Shown here: piece after piece, positions 8,676 to 17,823 of the stretch
Position numbering within the stretch: position 1 is the stretch's first letter
Layout: each line of letters begins with the position of its first letter
IMG/VR virus record: IMGVR_UViG_3300027747_000354
Location: 1-29,438 of that record
Direction: 5' to 3' (one strand)
Length of the DNA stretch: 29,438 bases
DNA from: a virus
Taxonomy: Duplodnaviria; Caudoviricetes
Program-made: the position numbers and the translations under genes
The notes under the pieces: generated by a model
Seen by the model: only the letters and a program-made list of their open reading frames with translations
Database searches by the model: none
Told to the model about the DNA's origin: nothing

Positions 8676-10493
8676 ATGAACGATTCTATGGGCATTCAAA
8701 AACTGGCCGACATGTTTATGGGCAACCCTGCGCCCTTGGCGCAGAAGGTTCAACGTAACCAGCAAGGTCAGCCACCGGGCACACTTCCAAAAGACTTGGA
8801 GGAAGCCCTTGCATTGCAGAAAATTCAAGAGATGCACGCGGCTTCTCAGAACCAACAAGCCATGCAAGCCGGTGGTCCACAACCCACTATTGTTGAAAAG
8901 TTACGCCAGATGGTAACCCCGCAACAACAAGCTCAGCCCCAAGGTATGCCCCAAGGTATGCCCCAAGGTATGCCCCAAGGTATGCCCCAAGGTATGCCTG
9001 TTCGTGCAGCGCACGGCGGCAATATTGCTCAACTGATGTCCAACCTTGGCAACCACTACGGTGGCGGCGGGATTATTGCGTTTAGCGGAGAAGATGAGAG
9101 CAGCGTCCCCGAGCCAACAACTGGGAGCGTAATTGGCCGCAGTAAAGGAAAAAATTTGCTGCCAAACGCCACGGGTTATGAAGGCATGAGTATTGGTGAG
9201 TTTTTAAGCACAATCGGGTCTCAAGGCTTAGAAAAACTAAAACAACTTATTCCAGAAGCGGATTCAAAAGATACATTAGCTAACTTGGTGCGCAAAGAAA
9301 CCCTTGACGAAGCCCGCGCTAAAGCTATGGCCGAAGTAAATCGGCGTGATCCGAACGTCACTGCTGAGACTATGCAGAGGTTGGGTATGGCTCAAGCCGC
9401 CCCAACACAAGCTCCTCCCCCTGCGGGCCCGTCACCACAAGCCTTGGCTTTGTTGGCCGCACAAAAACAAAAACTTGCTGCGCCACGCCCCGCTGCGCCT
9501 GCTGCACCCCAAGTACAAGGTACTCCATACGATCGTATGGACGCAACCCGTCGCGCTGATTTCCCGCAAATTAACGAAGAAGATCAGATCATTCGAGAAA
9601 GAATGCACCAAGACCCAGAGGAAAAACGTCGAGCTGAGATTGCTCGTATCAACGAGATGATTGGCAAACCAGATAACTCCGCAGTGTTGGAGACTATTGC
9701 CGCATTGAAGGCTAAGCGCGAAAAAGCGCAAGCTAACGCTGACCCGTTGATGGATTTGTTGGGCGGCATTGCCAGTGCCAGACCGGGCCAAAAATGGTGG
9801 CAGTCGGGCGTTGCGGGCTCAGAAGTCGCGGCCAATAAAGCAGCTCAACGTGAAGCTGCTGACACTGCGTATCTGGAGCAAATCCTTGGTCATCAGCAAA
9901 AAGTCAATGAAGCCGAGCGTGGGTACAAGACTCAGTTGTACACAGCAAGTTCTGCCGTTGCTGACCGCGCAGCCAAAGAAGTTTACGATGCCGCTATTGC
10001 ATTGAATAAATCAAAAGAAGAGGCAACTAAATTGGCGCAAGAAGAACGCATCCGAGTTATGGAAATGGTAAGCCGTGAGAAGACAAACGCGGCCACCAAT
10101 GCGGCGCATCTTGCTGCGGCTAACGCCAGCCGTGGGCCAAATTACTCTGACTTGCAAAAAGAAGCGTTTGTAAAGGATTGGTTGGCCAGACCGGAAAACA
10201 AAGGCAAGTCGCCTTTGGAAGCTATGACCGCAGTTAGCAACATGTTGTCTGGGCGTGATATTAAACAAGGCACCGCGCAAGAAGCTTTGCAATTAAAACG
10301 CGAGCAACTGATGGCCAATAACCCGTTGTACATGCAACAATACCGTATTGCAATGGTGGAAACAGACGCGGCCAAAAAGAAGCGGGCGCAAGACATTGTG
10401 GACGAGATTGAAAGAAAATCGGGTATAAATCAACCGGCTGCATCTGCTAATATACCGCCACCACCACCCAACGCGGTTAAAAGGATTGGATAA
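8676..10493 (+). CDS. Putative DNA ejection/internal virion protein (605 aa), coiled-coil rich
   Basis: AAGGA SD. Q/A/E/K-rich helical sequence between two other cargo-like genes. TAATG overlap with the next gene. Confidence 0.7.
   Translation: MNDSMGIQKLADMFMGNPAPLAQKVQRNQQGQPPGTLPKDLEEALALQKIQEMHAASQNQQAMQAGGPQPTIVEKLRQMVTPQQQAQPQGMPQGMPQGMPQGMPQGMPVRAAHGGNIAQLMSNLGNHYGGGGIIAFSGEDESSVPEPTTGSVIGRSKGKNLLPNATGYEGMSIGEFLSTIGSQGLEKLKQLIPEADSKDTLANLVRKETLDEARAKAMAEVNRRDPNVTAETMQRLGMAQAAPTQAPPPAGPSPQALALLAAQKQKLAAPRPAAPAAPQVQGTPYDRMDATRRADFPQINEEDQIIRERMHQDPEEKRRAEIARINEMIGKPDNSAVLETIAALKAKREKAQANADPLMDLLGGIASARPGQKWWQSGVAGSEVAANKAAQREAADTAYLEQILGHQQKVNEAERGYKTQLYTASSAVADRAAKEVYDAAIALNKSKEEATKLAQEERIRVMEMVSREKTNAATNAAHLAAANASRGPNYSDLQKEAFVKDWLARPENKGKSPLEAMTAVSNMLSGRDIKQGTAQEALQLKREQLMANNPLYMQQYRIAMVETDAAKKKRAQDIVDEIERKSGINQPAASANIPPPPPNAVKRIG
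8937..8996 (+). repeat. Perfect 12-bp tandem repeat (CCCCAAGGTATG) x5 encoding (PQGM)5
   Basis: Five identical consecutive units read directly from the sequence. Confidence 0.97.
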
Positions 10494-13400
10494 TGGCTAA
10501 GTTTGCTGTAGACGTTCAGGGCGCAAAATACGAAGTCGATGCGCCAGATGAGAATACAGCGTGGCAGTGGGCTTACTCAACCCACATGGGTAGCCAGAAA
10601 GCCGCGCCTGCACCCGCCCCAACCGAACGTACTTTTGGTGAAGCCGCCAAAGATATTGGCGCGGGCGTGGTTTCCGGTGTTGGCTCTCTTGTGCAGCTTC
10701 CCGGTCAACTTTATGGATTGGCCACGGGCGACTTCTCAAAGACCGGTACGCTAGGTATGGGTGAGGCCATTGAAAAATATGGCAACGAAATGAAGTCTGT
10801 CGGGTTGCAAGAACGCGAAGAGCGCCGCTCTCAAGCTATCAAGGAAGCAGAAAAAACAGGACAGTGGCAGGCGTTCAAGACCGCCGTTGGCCAAACTGTT
10901 TCTGACCCCGCGCTGTTCTTCTCGTTCCTTGCAGAGCAAGCACCCCAACTAATCCCCGCCCTTATCACAGGTGGGGGCACTGCCGCGATTACGTCTGGCA
11001 ACGTACTGGCCAAAGCCGCTGCCCGTAACATCTCCAAAGAAGCCGCTGAAAAGGTTGCGCAAAAAGCCGCTATCAAGTCAGGCGCAAACGCCGCTATTCA
11101 AACTGGTGCGGTGCAGCAAGGTGCAGACATTGGCGCTGGTACATACGATGAGGTCTACAAATACCTTACCGAAGAAAAGAAAATGTCTTCGGAAGAAGCC
11201 GCTGCTGAGACTATTAACCTTGCCCGTGCCGCTGGCGCAACGGGCTATGCTCTGTCTTTGTTTGCCAACAAATACCTCCCCGGCGCGGGCGCGATGGAAC
11301 GCGCATTGGCTGGCGAACGTACGGGCGCTGGTCGCATCGTTGGTGGCTTGACTGGCGCTATCAAAGAAATCCCCGGTGAGAACATCGAGGAAGTAGGCGG
11401 TAAAATTGCACAGAACGTTGCAGCCCGCCAAGCTGGCATGGACCGCAGCTTGCTGGAAGGCGTTGGCGAGACCGCTGGTTTGGCCACGGTCGGTGCGGGT
11501 GGTATGGGCGGCATAACCGGCGCACTTGCTGGCAAACGTAAAGCAGCCCCAGAAGCTCCGCCCGTGCCAGAAACCGAAACCTTACCGGACTGGATCAAAA
11601 AAGACCTTGAAGGAGAACCCAATGTTGAACAACCTATCACTCCAACAGGTGGAGTTGGGACTAGCGTGGCTGGCAAGCCCGATACAGGACTCACCGCCGC
11701 AGGAGCTGGAGGGGCTGGGGCAGATGGAGTGGTTTCTACTGGACAGAATGTTGCAGGCATTGTCAATAGAACGACAAGCCAACCCGGTGCACTGACTGAC
11801 TTTAAAGAAAACTACGAGAACATTCGTAGCGAACTAGCAAAGTTGCAGAACGAGCCCCGTCCAACACCGGGGCAAATACAAATGATGAAGCGGTTATCCG
11901 CAGACCTCAATTCTCTTGTGGATGCTAACGCCAAAGAAATTGTTAAGTACACGGGCGATCCGGGGCTTGTTGAAAACGTTCGAGCCAAGGACGACTATAA
12001 AAAAATATCAGCACATTACGAGACGTTAAAAAATCCTACGTTTGACGCTACGGAAATACTTCGTGGTGTAGGAACTACTATCGGCCAGCCCAACGCCATG
12101 CAAGGCAACTTGTTTGGCAATAAGACCGCTGTCAACGGCGCAACTCTTGCCCTTGCACGGGCGGGCGGGGATCACGATGCGGCAGTACAGTTGCTTGAAG
12201 ACCGCCGCCAGAAAGTATTAGACGCCGCTGCAAAAGGCGAACACGACGCAGCTTGGGCCATCAACCGCGCCGAGATGTTTAAGATGTCACGGCCCGAAGC
12301 AGCTAAGAACCCTGAAGCCGTATCTGCTAAATTTGTCCAGAGCCAGATGGCCGCAATTGATGCGTCGATTGCAGAAGTAGAACGTCTTAGGGGCCAGCCC
12401 AAAGCAATGCAGGGTAGCTTGTTTAACAAGCCGCTGGAAGAAGGCCCGCCCGCCGAGAGCATGGAGGATGTGTTTGCCAAGACCGAAAAGGAATTGGCCA
12501 ACGAACGGGCGAGGGAGTTGTCTGCAGAAATTGAAGCGCGTCAGAAAAAAGAAAAAGTTGAAGCGCCAAAGATAACGCCGCCAGTGCAGCCAAGTTTGCT
12601 GACTACGCCCGTTGCAGAAAAGCAAGCGCCTAAACAACCTGTCAAACGCACCGAGCCAAATGAGCTTGATACATACTTTGATGAAGTTATGTACGAGCCA
12701 GTAGACGAATCCGCAATGACCGACGAGCAAGCCGCGCTTGAGGCCGAACGTCAGGCTTTGCGGGACAGGGTTAACGAAAAGCAAGAAGCCCCCAAAGAAG
12801 ATATTGAGCACATTGCTAATACTGAAGAAGCGGGCACGATCGGCGCGTTTTTTGACGCAATCAAACCTGCTGCAAACACACCTAGCGAAAAGACAAAGCA
12901 CAACGCCCTGAAACAAACGGGTCGTGATTTGTTGGTTGAGTACGACATTGCTAAGCCCGGCGAAACAACAACGCCCGGTATGCAGAAGGCGCTTAAGTAC
13001 TTAGCCCGCCGTGTGGGCGGGCAAGCTGCGCTGTCGCAGTTGATTGGAGATTTGCGCAACCCCGGCAATCGCTCACAGAGCCGTATTCTTGAGAATGCGG
13101 GACTCCCAGACCTCACAACTCGTCGTGGAATGGAGCAGTTTAACGACGAGTTAAAAGAGTTTCAAACAAACAATGCCCCAGAAGCTGGCGGTGTAAAGAT
13201 TCCGTTTGGCAAGCTGCCGTATGTAAGCGAAGCCACAACCGTTACACGCAAAACAGTTGAGCGTGCGCCATCGCCCGAAGGCAAAGCCCGCAGGCCAATG
13301 ACAAGTAACGAATCCAAACGGTACGTGATTGCTGACAACAAGTTGCGTTCGGCTTGGAACTTTTTAAAGAGCGCGATTGATGCACGGGGTAGCGTCACCG

Positions 13401-16400
13401 AAGGCATGGCCGCTGCACGTAGCTACATCACAAACCCCAACCGCAAGAACTTTGGGGATGTGCTGTCTGCGCTGGCATACGACATTGCAATGCACGAAGC
13501 CGGTGTTGGCCGGGCCAATGCAATCTACGTAAACGAAGGCGGCAAGTATGCTGTCCAGTTTAAAGAATGGATTGAGCAGAATTTAAACCAAGATACTGTT
13601 GATGTGCTCAACAACATGACTGAGGACTATCGCAACAATTTGCGAGAAGAAGAAAAGTTTGATGCGGCCATTACCAAGTACCAAGCGTCTTTAGACAAGT
13701 ACGCTGAAGAGCAACGCCAGAAGGTTGAAAAGACCACAGGTGTAAAAATTCCAAAAGCGCCGCCTGTTAAACAGCTTACAGAAGAGCAACGAGTTGGTAA
13801 GAACTTATCGACCGTGCAGAAGCTCACGGAGTTGCAACATCCAGACATCATGCGCTTGCTTGACAAGGGCGACACCAAGGGTGCGCTTAAAATTCTGGCT
13901 GCTGCGCCCAAGAACGCATACTACTCCGCGCTTGCAAAACGTTTGTTAGAGTCGGACGTTGACGCCAAGACCGACATCATCGGCCAAAACGAGATGGTGT
14001 CGTTGTCAAACAACCCCGCTGTAAAGGATACCCTTGACGCACAACTAAGTGCGCTGGCCGATATGGTGGCAACAGGGTTCCCTAAAGACAAACAGGGTGC
14101 AATCCTCAAAGGGCTGAAGTCTAACAATCTGTTTGATTTAAAAGAAGCCATTGCTAAGTTGGAAGACAATATTGAAAATCTTTCGCAGCGGCAAATTCTT
14201 AACGAGACTGTTGCGCTGTTGAACAAAGAATACGGCTGGCTGGGTAAGTACGACCCAAGCACTAACAAGATTACGATGCGTCAGGGTTACCTGACCAATC
14301 ACTTGTTCTTGCACGAAGTCTTGCACGCTGCCACATCACGCTTGATTGACAACCCCAAGTCTTTGCAAGGTGCGCGGCTCGACGCTTATAACCGCTTGAA
14401 CGAGATATACAACTACTCAAAAGGTATCCTGTCGCGTGACGGGATAAACATTAGCAACATCCAAGACCTGCACGAGTTTGTCTCTGAGGCAATGACTAAC
14501 CCTGAGTTGCAGGCGTTACTTCGCGCTATCCGCTACAAGGCTGCGCCAATATCTATTTGGAACGAGTTCACAACCGCTGTCAAAAAGTTGTTTGGCGCTA
14601 CGTCCGAAACAGAGAGTAACGCAATGGTTGAGGTGATGAACGCCACCGACATCATGATGAGCGGCCCTATTTCATTTGATGTTGCAACCGAGACTACCGG
14701 GCCAAAGGCTATGTCAGCCGCCGCGCCCGCTCTTACTAGACCTTTACCGCCCGGCTTGGCCAACTCAAAAACAGCCATTCAAAAACTATTTCAATCAAAG
14801 AATTGGAACGACGTAAAGGGAACATTCCCAATTGCGTACAGCAGTGCCAAAGCCAACATACGCCCAGCGTTGTTGGGTGCGCTCACGCTACGCCAGATTG
14901 ATGATTTGGTGCGCAAACGTATTCCACAAGTTGGCCGGTTCATCGCCACAACAGAAGCATTTCTCTCCCGCAAAAACAGTATTCTGAAAGAGTCCAGCGA
15001 TGTTCTTAAGTTGTGGGAACGCATGCAGTCTTCCAACCCGGATATGTCCCGTCGTCTGGCCCGTGTTATGCACGCCGCCACAATTGCAGAAGTGCATCCT
15101 GATAGCGCCACTTTAAGCCAACAACAAGCTCATCCTGAATTGATGAAAGAATGGCGCGGGCTTGATAGTTCTGCCAAAGCAATTTATGCAAAAGCCCGTG
15201 ACTTTTACGACAAACGATATGAAGAGTACAAAGCGGTCATGGAAGACCGCATTAAATTTATGCAAGATGAGCTTGGCGTGTCTGAAGGGACTGCCACGCA
15301 TATCCGCGATGAGTTTGAAAAGAACAAACGCAAGGGGCCGTACTTCCCATTGATGCGCCACGGGCGTTTCTGGTATCAAGTCGGCAAAGGTTCGGCGCGT
15401 GAATACTACATGTTTGAGTCCGAAGGTCAGCGGGATATGCACATGGCCGAGCGTTTAAAGCTTGACCCCGATATGGAAGTTCAGTACGGCTCCGAGTACA
15501 AACAACAGATGGACTTGCACGCCAAGCAATCCGAGTTTTTGAAAGCCACCTTCAAAGCGATCGACGACTCTACCGTAACCAACGGTAATGTTGCTGAACA
15601 GAAACAATTACTCAAAGATAGCATCTACCAGAACTTCCTGTCTAACCAACCAGAGCATAGTTTTCGCAGCCAATTTATGCACCGCAACAATGTGGCGGGC
15701 TATTCGGAAGATGCGCTCCGTAACTTTGCATCGTCGTCATTCCACATGGCTTATCAAATGGCCCGGTTTGAACACGCGCCAGATTTGTTTGCAGCTATCC
15801 AAGCTGCGCGTATGCAACTTAAAGATCGGACTGAAGCCGGTAAACAACCAACTCCCAAGTTAACTCGTGAGAACACAGAGCTGAGCGACTATGTTACCGA
15901 AATGGAACGGCGTTTAAAGTTGATGCTCAACCCAACAGATGTGGGCACAATACCTTCGCTCCTGTCCAACATCGGGTTTGTTTGGTATTTGACCGCGCCC
16001 GCTTCGGCAATCGTTAACGTGCTGGGCGGCATGATTATTGGCTTGCCTACGTTGGTTGGACAAAACGTTCGCGCAAACCCTAAACTGTCTTACACCCAAG
16101 CAACACTTGACGCGCTAGGACAAATGAGGCAAGCGGCGGGGCAGGTAATGGCTACGGGCTTTGATGTTGAACGGGGCAAACGTATTCGTGATAACCGCGT
16201 AGACTTCCCATCGCTTAGCCGTTCCGGTGAGTTGAACGATGTAGACAAAGCCGCTTACGATCGGTTTGTAGCTGACGGTGTAATTGATATTACTGCTGCG
16301 TACGACCAATCTGGTTTGGCCGCTGCACCCACAGATAGCTACGGTGGTGTGCGTAATCGCGCAATGGAGTTGATGTCTTCGTTGTTCCATAACGCTGAGC

Positions 16401-17548
16401 GATTTAACCGTGAGGTGATGGCAATGTCTGCGTTCCGTGCGGCTATGGCACAGCGCAAAGACTACAAAGACCAGACTGTTGCGTTCAACGAAGCAATTGA
16501 GATTGCAAAGGACTCCACACAACGCTCAATGTTCGACTACTCGTCTGCAAACAAACCGCGTTATATGCAGAACCCAGTTGCTCGGGTGGTGTTGCAATTT
16601 AAACAATTCCCGCAGCAGATGACATTTTTCTTGGCTCACAACTTTATTAACATGTCAAAAGGTATGACTGTTGAAGACCGCCGTGAAGCACGGGCGCGGT
16701 TTGTCGGGACGATGGGTATGGCGGGAATATTCTCCGGTGTAACTGGGTTATGGGGTTTTTCTACCGTTGCAATGATTATGAACGCGGTGGTTAACGGTCT
16801 GAAAGACGATGACGACGAAAAGCCGTTTGACTTTGAATTGGAATTTATGGAGTGGGCTGCGAATACGTTTGGCAAGAACGCTGGTACGCTACTCACACGC
16901 GGCGTGGGCAATATGGCGGGCGTGGATTTAGCCAGTCGTACCAAGCTCGACGACATGTGGTTTCAAGATTCCCGTAAAAACTTAGACGCATCCAGTGCCT
17001 TGCAAGAACAGCTTGTTAGTTTGCTAGGCCCGACAGTCGGTTTGGCTATCAACGCAACCGATGCCTACAACCTTTGGAACACCGGGCACGCTGACCGGGC
17101 CATTGAAAAAATCTCACCCGCGTTTATCAAAAACCCACTGGTCGCCGCCCGCTATGCCAACGAAGGCGTAAACACTTTGCGTGGTGATTCGCTGGTTGAA
17201 GATGTGGGTTCGTTTGCTTTGCTGATGCAATCTATTGGTTTGCGGCCCGCTGATGTAGCTGAAATTCAATTCAGAAACATTACGGTTAAAGGGCAAGAGC
17301 AAGCAGTCTTAAAGGAACGCCAGAACCTGCTGAACTTGTATGGGATTGCTTTTATGGCAAACGACTCAGATACTTTGGAGAAAGCCTACGAGCGCATTGA
17401 AAAGTTTAATACCAAACACCCTAGCGTGTGGATACCTGCAAAGAGTTTGACCACGTCAATTAAAGAGCGTATGACTAAATCAGCGCAAACAGAACACGGC
17501 CTGTACATCGACAAACGTTTGCGCGGTGTGTTGGACGACAACTCGTAA
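10493..17548 (+). CDS. Giant internal virion/DNA-transfer protein (2351 aa) with zincin-like metallopeptidase domain (polyvalent-protein-like)
   Basis: Last and largest gene of the structural arm. GKYDP...ITM...HLFLHEVLHAA (HExxH at 14312-14326) followed by LHEFVSEAMTNPELQ. Gly/Ala-rich hydrophobic N-terminal region and hydrophobic helices in the C-terminal third. Confidence 0.75.
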   Translation: MAKFAVDVQGAKYEVDAPDENTAWQWAYSTHMGSQKAAPAPAPTERTFGEAAKDIGAGVVSGVGSLVQLPGQLYGLATGDFSKTGTLGMGEAIEKYGNEMKSVGLQEREERRSQAIKEAEKTGQWQAFKTAVGQTVSDPALFFSFLAEQAPQLIPALITGGGTAAITSGNVLAKAAARNISKEAAEKVAQKAAIKSGANAAIQTGAVQQGADIGAGTYDEVYKYLTEEKKMSSEEAAAETINLARAAGATGYALSLFANKYLPGAGAMERALAGERTGAGRIVGGLTGAIKEIPGENIEEVGGKIAQNVAARQAGMDRSLLEGVGETAGLATVGAGGMGGITGALAGKRKAAPEAPPVPETETLPDWIKKDLEGEPNVEQPITPTGGVGTSVAGKPDTGLTAAGAGGAGADGVVSTGQNVAGIVNRTTSQPGALTDFKENYENIRSELAKLQNEPRPTPGQIQMMKRLSADLNSLVDANAKEIVKYTGDPGLVENVRAKDDYKKISAHYETLKNPTFDATEILRGVGTTIGQPNAMQGNLFGNKTAVNGATLALARAGGDHDAAVQLLEDRRQKVLDAAAKGEHDAAWAINRAEMFKMSRPEAAKNPEAVSAKFVQSQMAAIDASIAEVERLRGQPKAMQGSLFNKPLEEGPPAESMEDVFAKTEKELANERARELSAEIEARQKKEKVEAPKITPPVQPSLLTTPVAEKQAPKQPVKRTEPNELDTYFDEVMYEPVDESAMTDEQAALEAERQALRDRVNEKQEAPKEDIEHIANTEEAGTIGAFFDAIKPAANTPSEKTKHNALKQTGRDLLVEYDIAKPGETTTPGMQKALKYLARRVGGQAALSQLIGDLRNPGNRSQSRILENAGLPDLTTRRGMEQFNDELKEFQTNNAPEAGGVKIPFGKLPYVSEATTVTRKTVERAPSPEGKARRPMTSNESKRYVIADNKLRSAWNFLKSAIDARGSVTEGMAAARSYITNPNRKNFGDVLSALAYDIAMHEAGVGRANAIYVNEGGKYAVQFKEWIEQNLNQDTVDVLNNMTEDYRNNLREEEKFDAAITKYQASLDKYAEEQRQKVEKTTGVKIPKAPPVKQLTEEQRVGKNLSTVQKLTELQHPDIMRLLDKGDTKGALKILAAAPKNAYYSALAKRLLESDVDAKTDIIGQNEMVSLSNNPAVKDTLDAQLSALADMVATGFPKDKQGAILKGLKSNNLFDLKEAIAKLEDNIENLSQRQILNETVALLNKEYGWLGKYDPSTNKITMRQGYLTNHLFLHEVLHAATSRLIDNPKSLQGARLDAYNRLNEIYNYSKGILSRDGINISNIQDLHEFVSEAMTNPELQALLRAIRYKAAPISIWNEFTTAVKKLFGATSETESNAMVEVMNATDIMMSGPISFDVATETTGPKAMSAAAPALTRPLPPGLANSKTAIQKLFQSKNWNDVKGTFPIAYSSAKANIRPALLGALTLRQIDDLVRKRIPQVGRFIATTEAFLSRKNSILKESSDVLKLWERMQSSNPDMSRRLARVMHAATIAEVHPDSATLSQQQAHPELMKEWRGLDSSAKAIYAKARDFYDKRYEEYKAVMEDRIKFMQDELGVSEGTATHIRDEFEKNKRKGPYFPLMRHGRFWYQVGKGSAREYYMFESEGQRDMHMAERLKLDPDMEVQYGSEYKQQMDLHAKQSEFLKATFKAIDDSTVTNGNVAEQKQLLKDSIYQNFLSNQPEHSFRSQFMHRNNVAGYSEDALRNFASSSFHMAYQMARFEHAPDLFAAIQAARMQLKDRTEAGKQPTPKLTRENTELSDYVTEMERRLKLMLNPTDVGTIPSLLSNIGFVWYLTAPASAIVNVLGGMIIGLPTLVGQNVRANPKLSYTQATLDALGQMRQAAGQVMATGFDVERGKRIRDNRVDFPSLSRSGELNDVDKAAYDRFVADGVIDITAAYDQSGLAAAPTDSYGGVRNRAMELMSSLFHNAERFNREVMAMSAFRAAMAQRKDYKDQTVAFNEAIEIAKDSTQRSMFDYSSANKPRYMQNPVARVVLQFKQFPQQMTFFLAHNFINMSKGMTVEDRREARARFVGTMGMAGIFSGVTGLWGFSTVAMIMNAVVNGLKDDDDEKPFDFELEFMEWAANTFGKNAGTLLTRGVGNMAGVDLASRTKLDDMWFQDSRKNLDASSALQEQLVSLLGPTVGLAINATDAYNLWNTGHADRAIEKISPAFIKNPLVAARYANEGVNTLRGDSLVEDVGSFALLMQSIGLRPADVAEIQFRNITVKGQEQAVLKERQNLLNLYGIAFMANDSDTLEKAYERIEKFNTKHPSVWIPAKSLTTSIKERMTKSAQTEHGLYIDKRLRGVLDDNS

Positions 17549-17579
17549 AAAAACCCCGCTAAGTTACCCTAGCGGGGTT
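17547..17579 (-). terminator. Rho-independent terminator between the convergent arms (strongest for the minus strand)
   Basis: 10-bp stem AACCCCGCTA (17552-17561) / TAGCGGGGTT (17570-17579) with an 8-nt loop. The A-run 17547-17553 gives a U-tract on the minus strand. Confidence 0.85.
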
Positions 17580-17622
17580 AAAGTCCCAACAACAAGGAGT
17601 GCAACTGCGTTGCGCCTCCAGT

Positions 17623-17823
17623 TTACTTCTTTTTGCGCCAGACACGCAAGCCCCTAATGCCGTCTTCCACAACTACTTTTACAATGACGGCAAAACCCAA
17701 CCTTGCCATCTTGCGCTCTATTCTTTCTTTTGCTGTTGTGACGCCAACGCATGCAATAAAAAAGGAGCTACCAATGGTGAACTCTTGCCAATCCAATTCG
17801 TAACTGATCCCGTCAATTTGCAT
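17623..17823 (-). CDS. Small basic hypothetical protein (66 aa)
   Basis: Overlaps the primase 3' end and finishes just before the 3' element and terminator. IGSSFFI...GLRVWR pattern. Confidence 0.75.
   Translation of the reverse strand: MQIDGISYELDWQEFTIGSSFFIACVGVTTAKERIERKMARLGFAVIVKVVVEDGIRGLRVWRKKK

Noticed and set aside
8937-8996. Tandem repeat as a possible CRISPR array
   Set aside because: No spacers; 12-bp in-frame coding repeat.
1572-17302. Numerous minus-strand and alternate-frame ORFs within the structural genes
   Set aside because: Shadow ORFs fully overlapping long coherent genes, with no recognisable motifs.
10493-17548. Giant protein as a virion RNA polymerase or DarB-like methylase/helicase
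   Set aside because: No DxDGD, T7-type polymerase, NPPY/F, Walker or DExH motifs recognised by eye; a profile search is needed to exclude remote homology.
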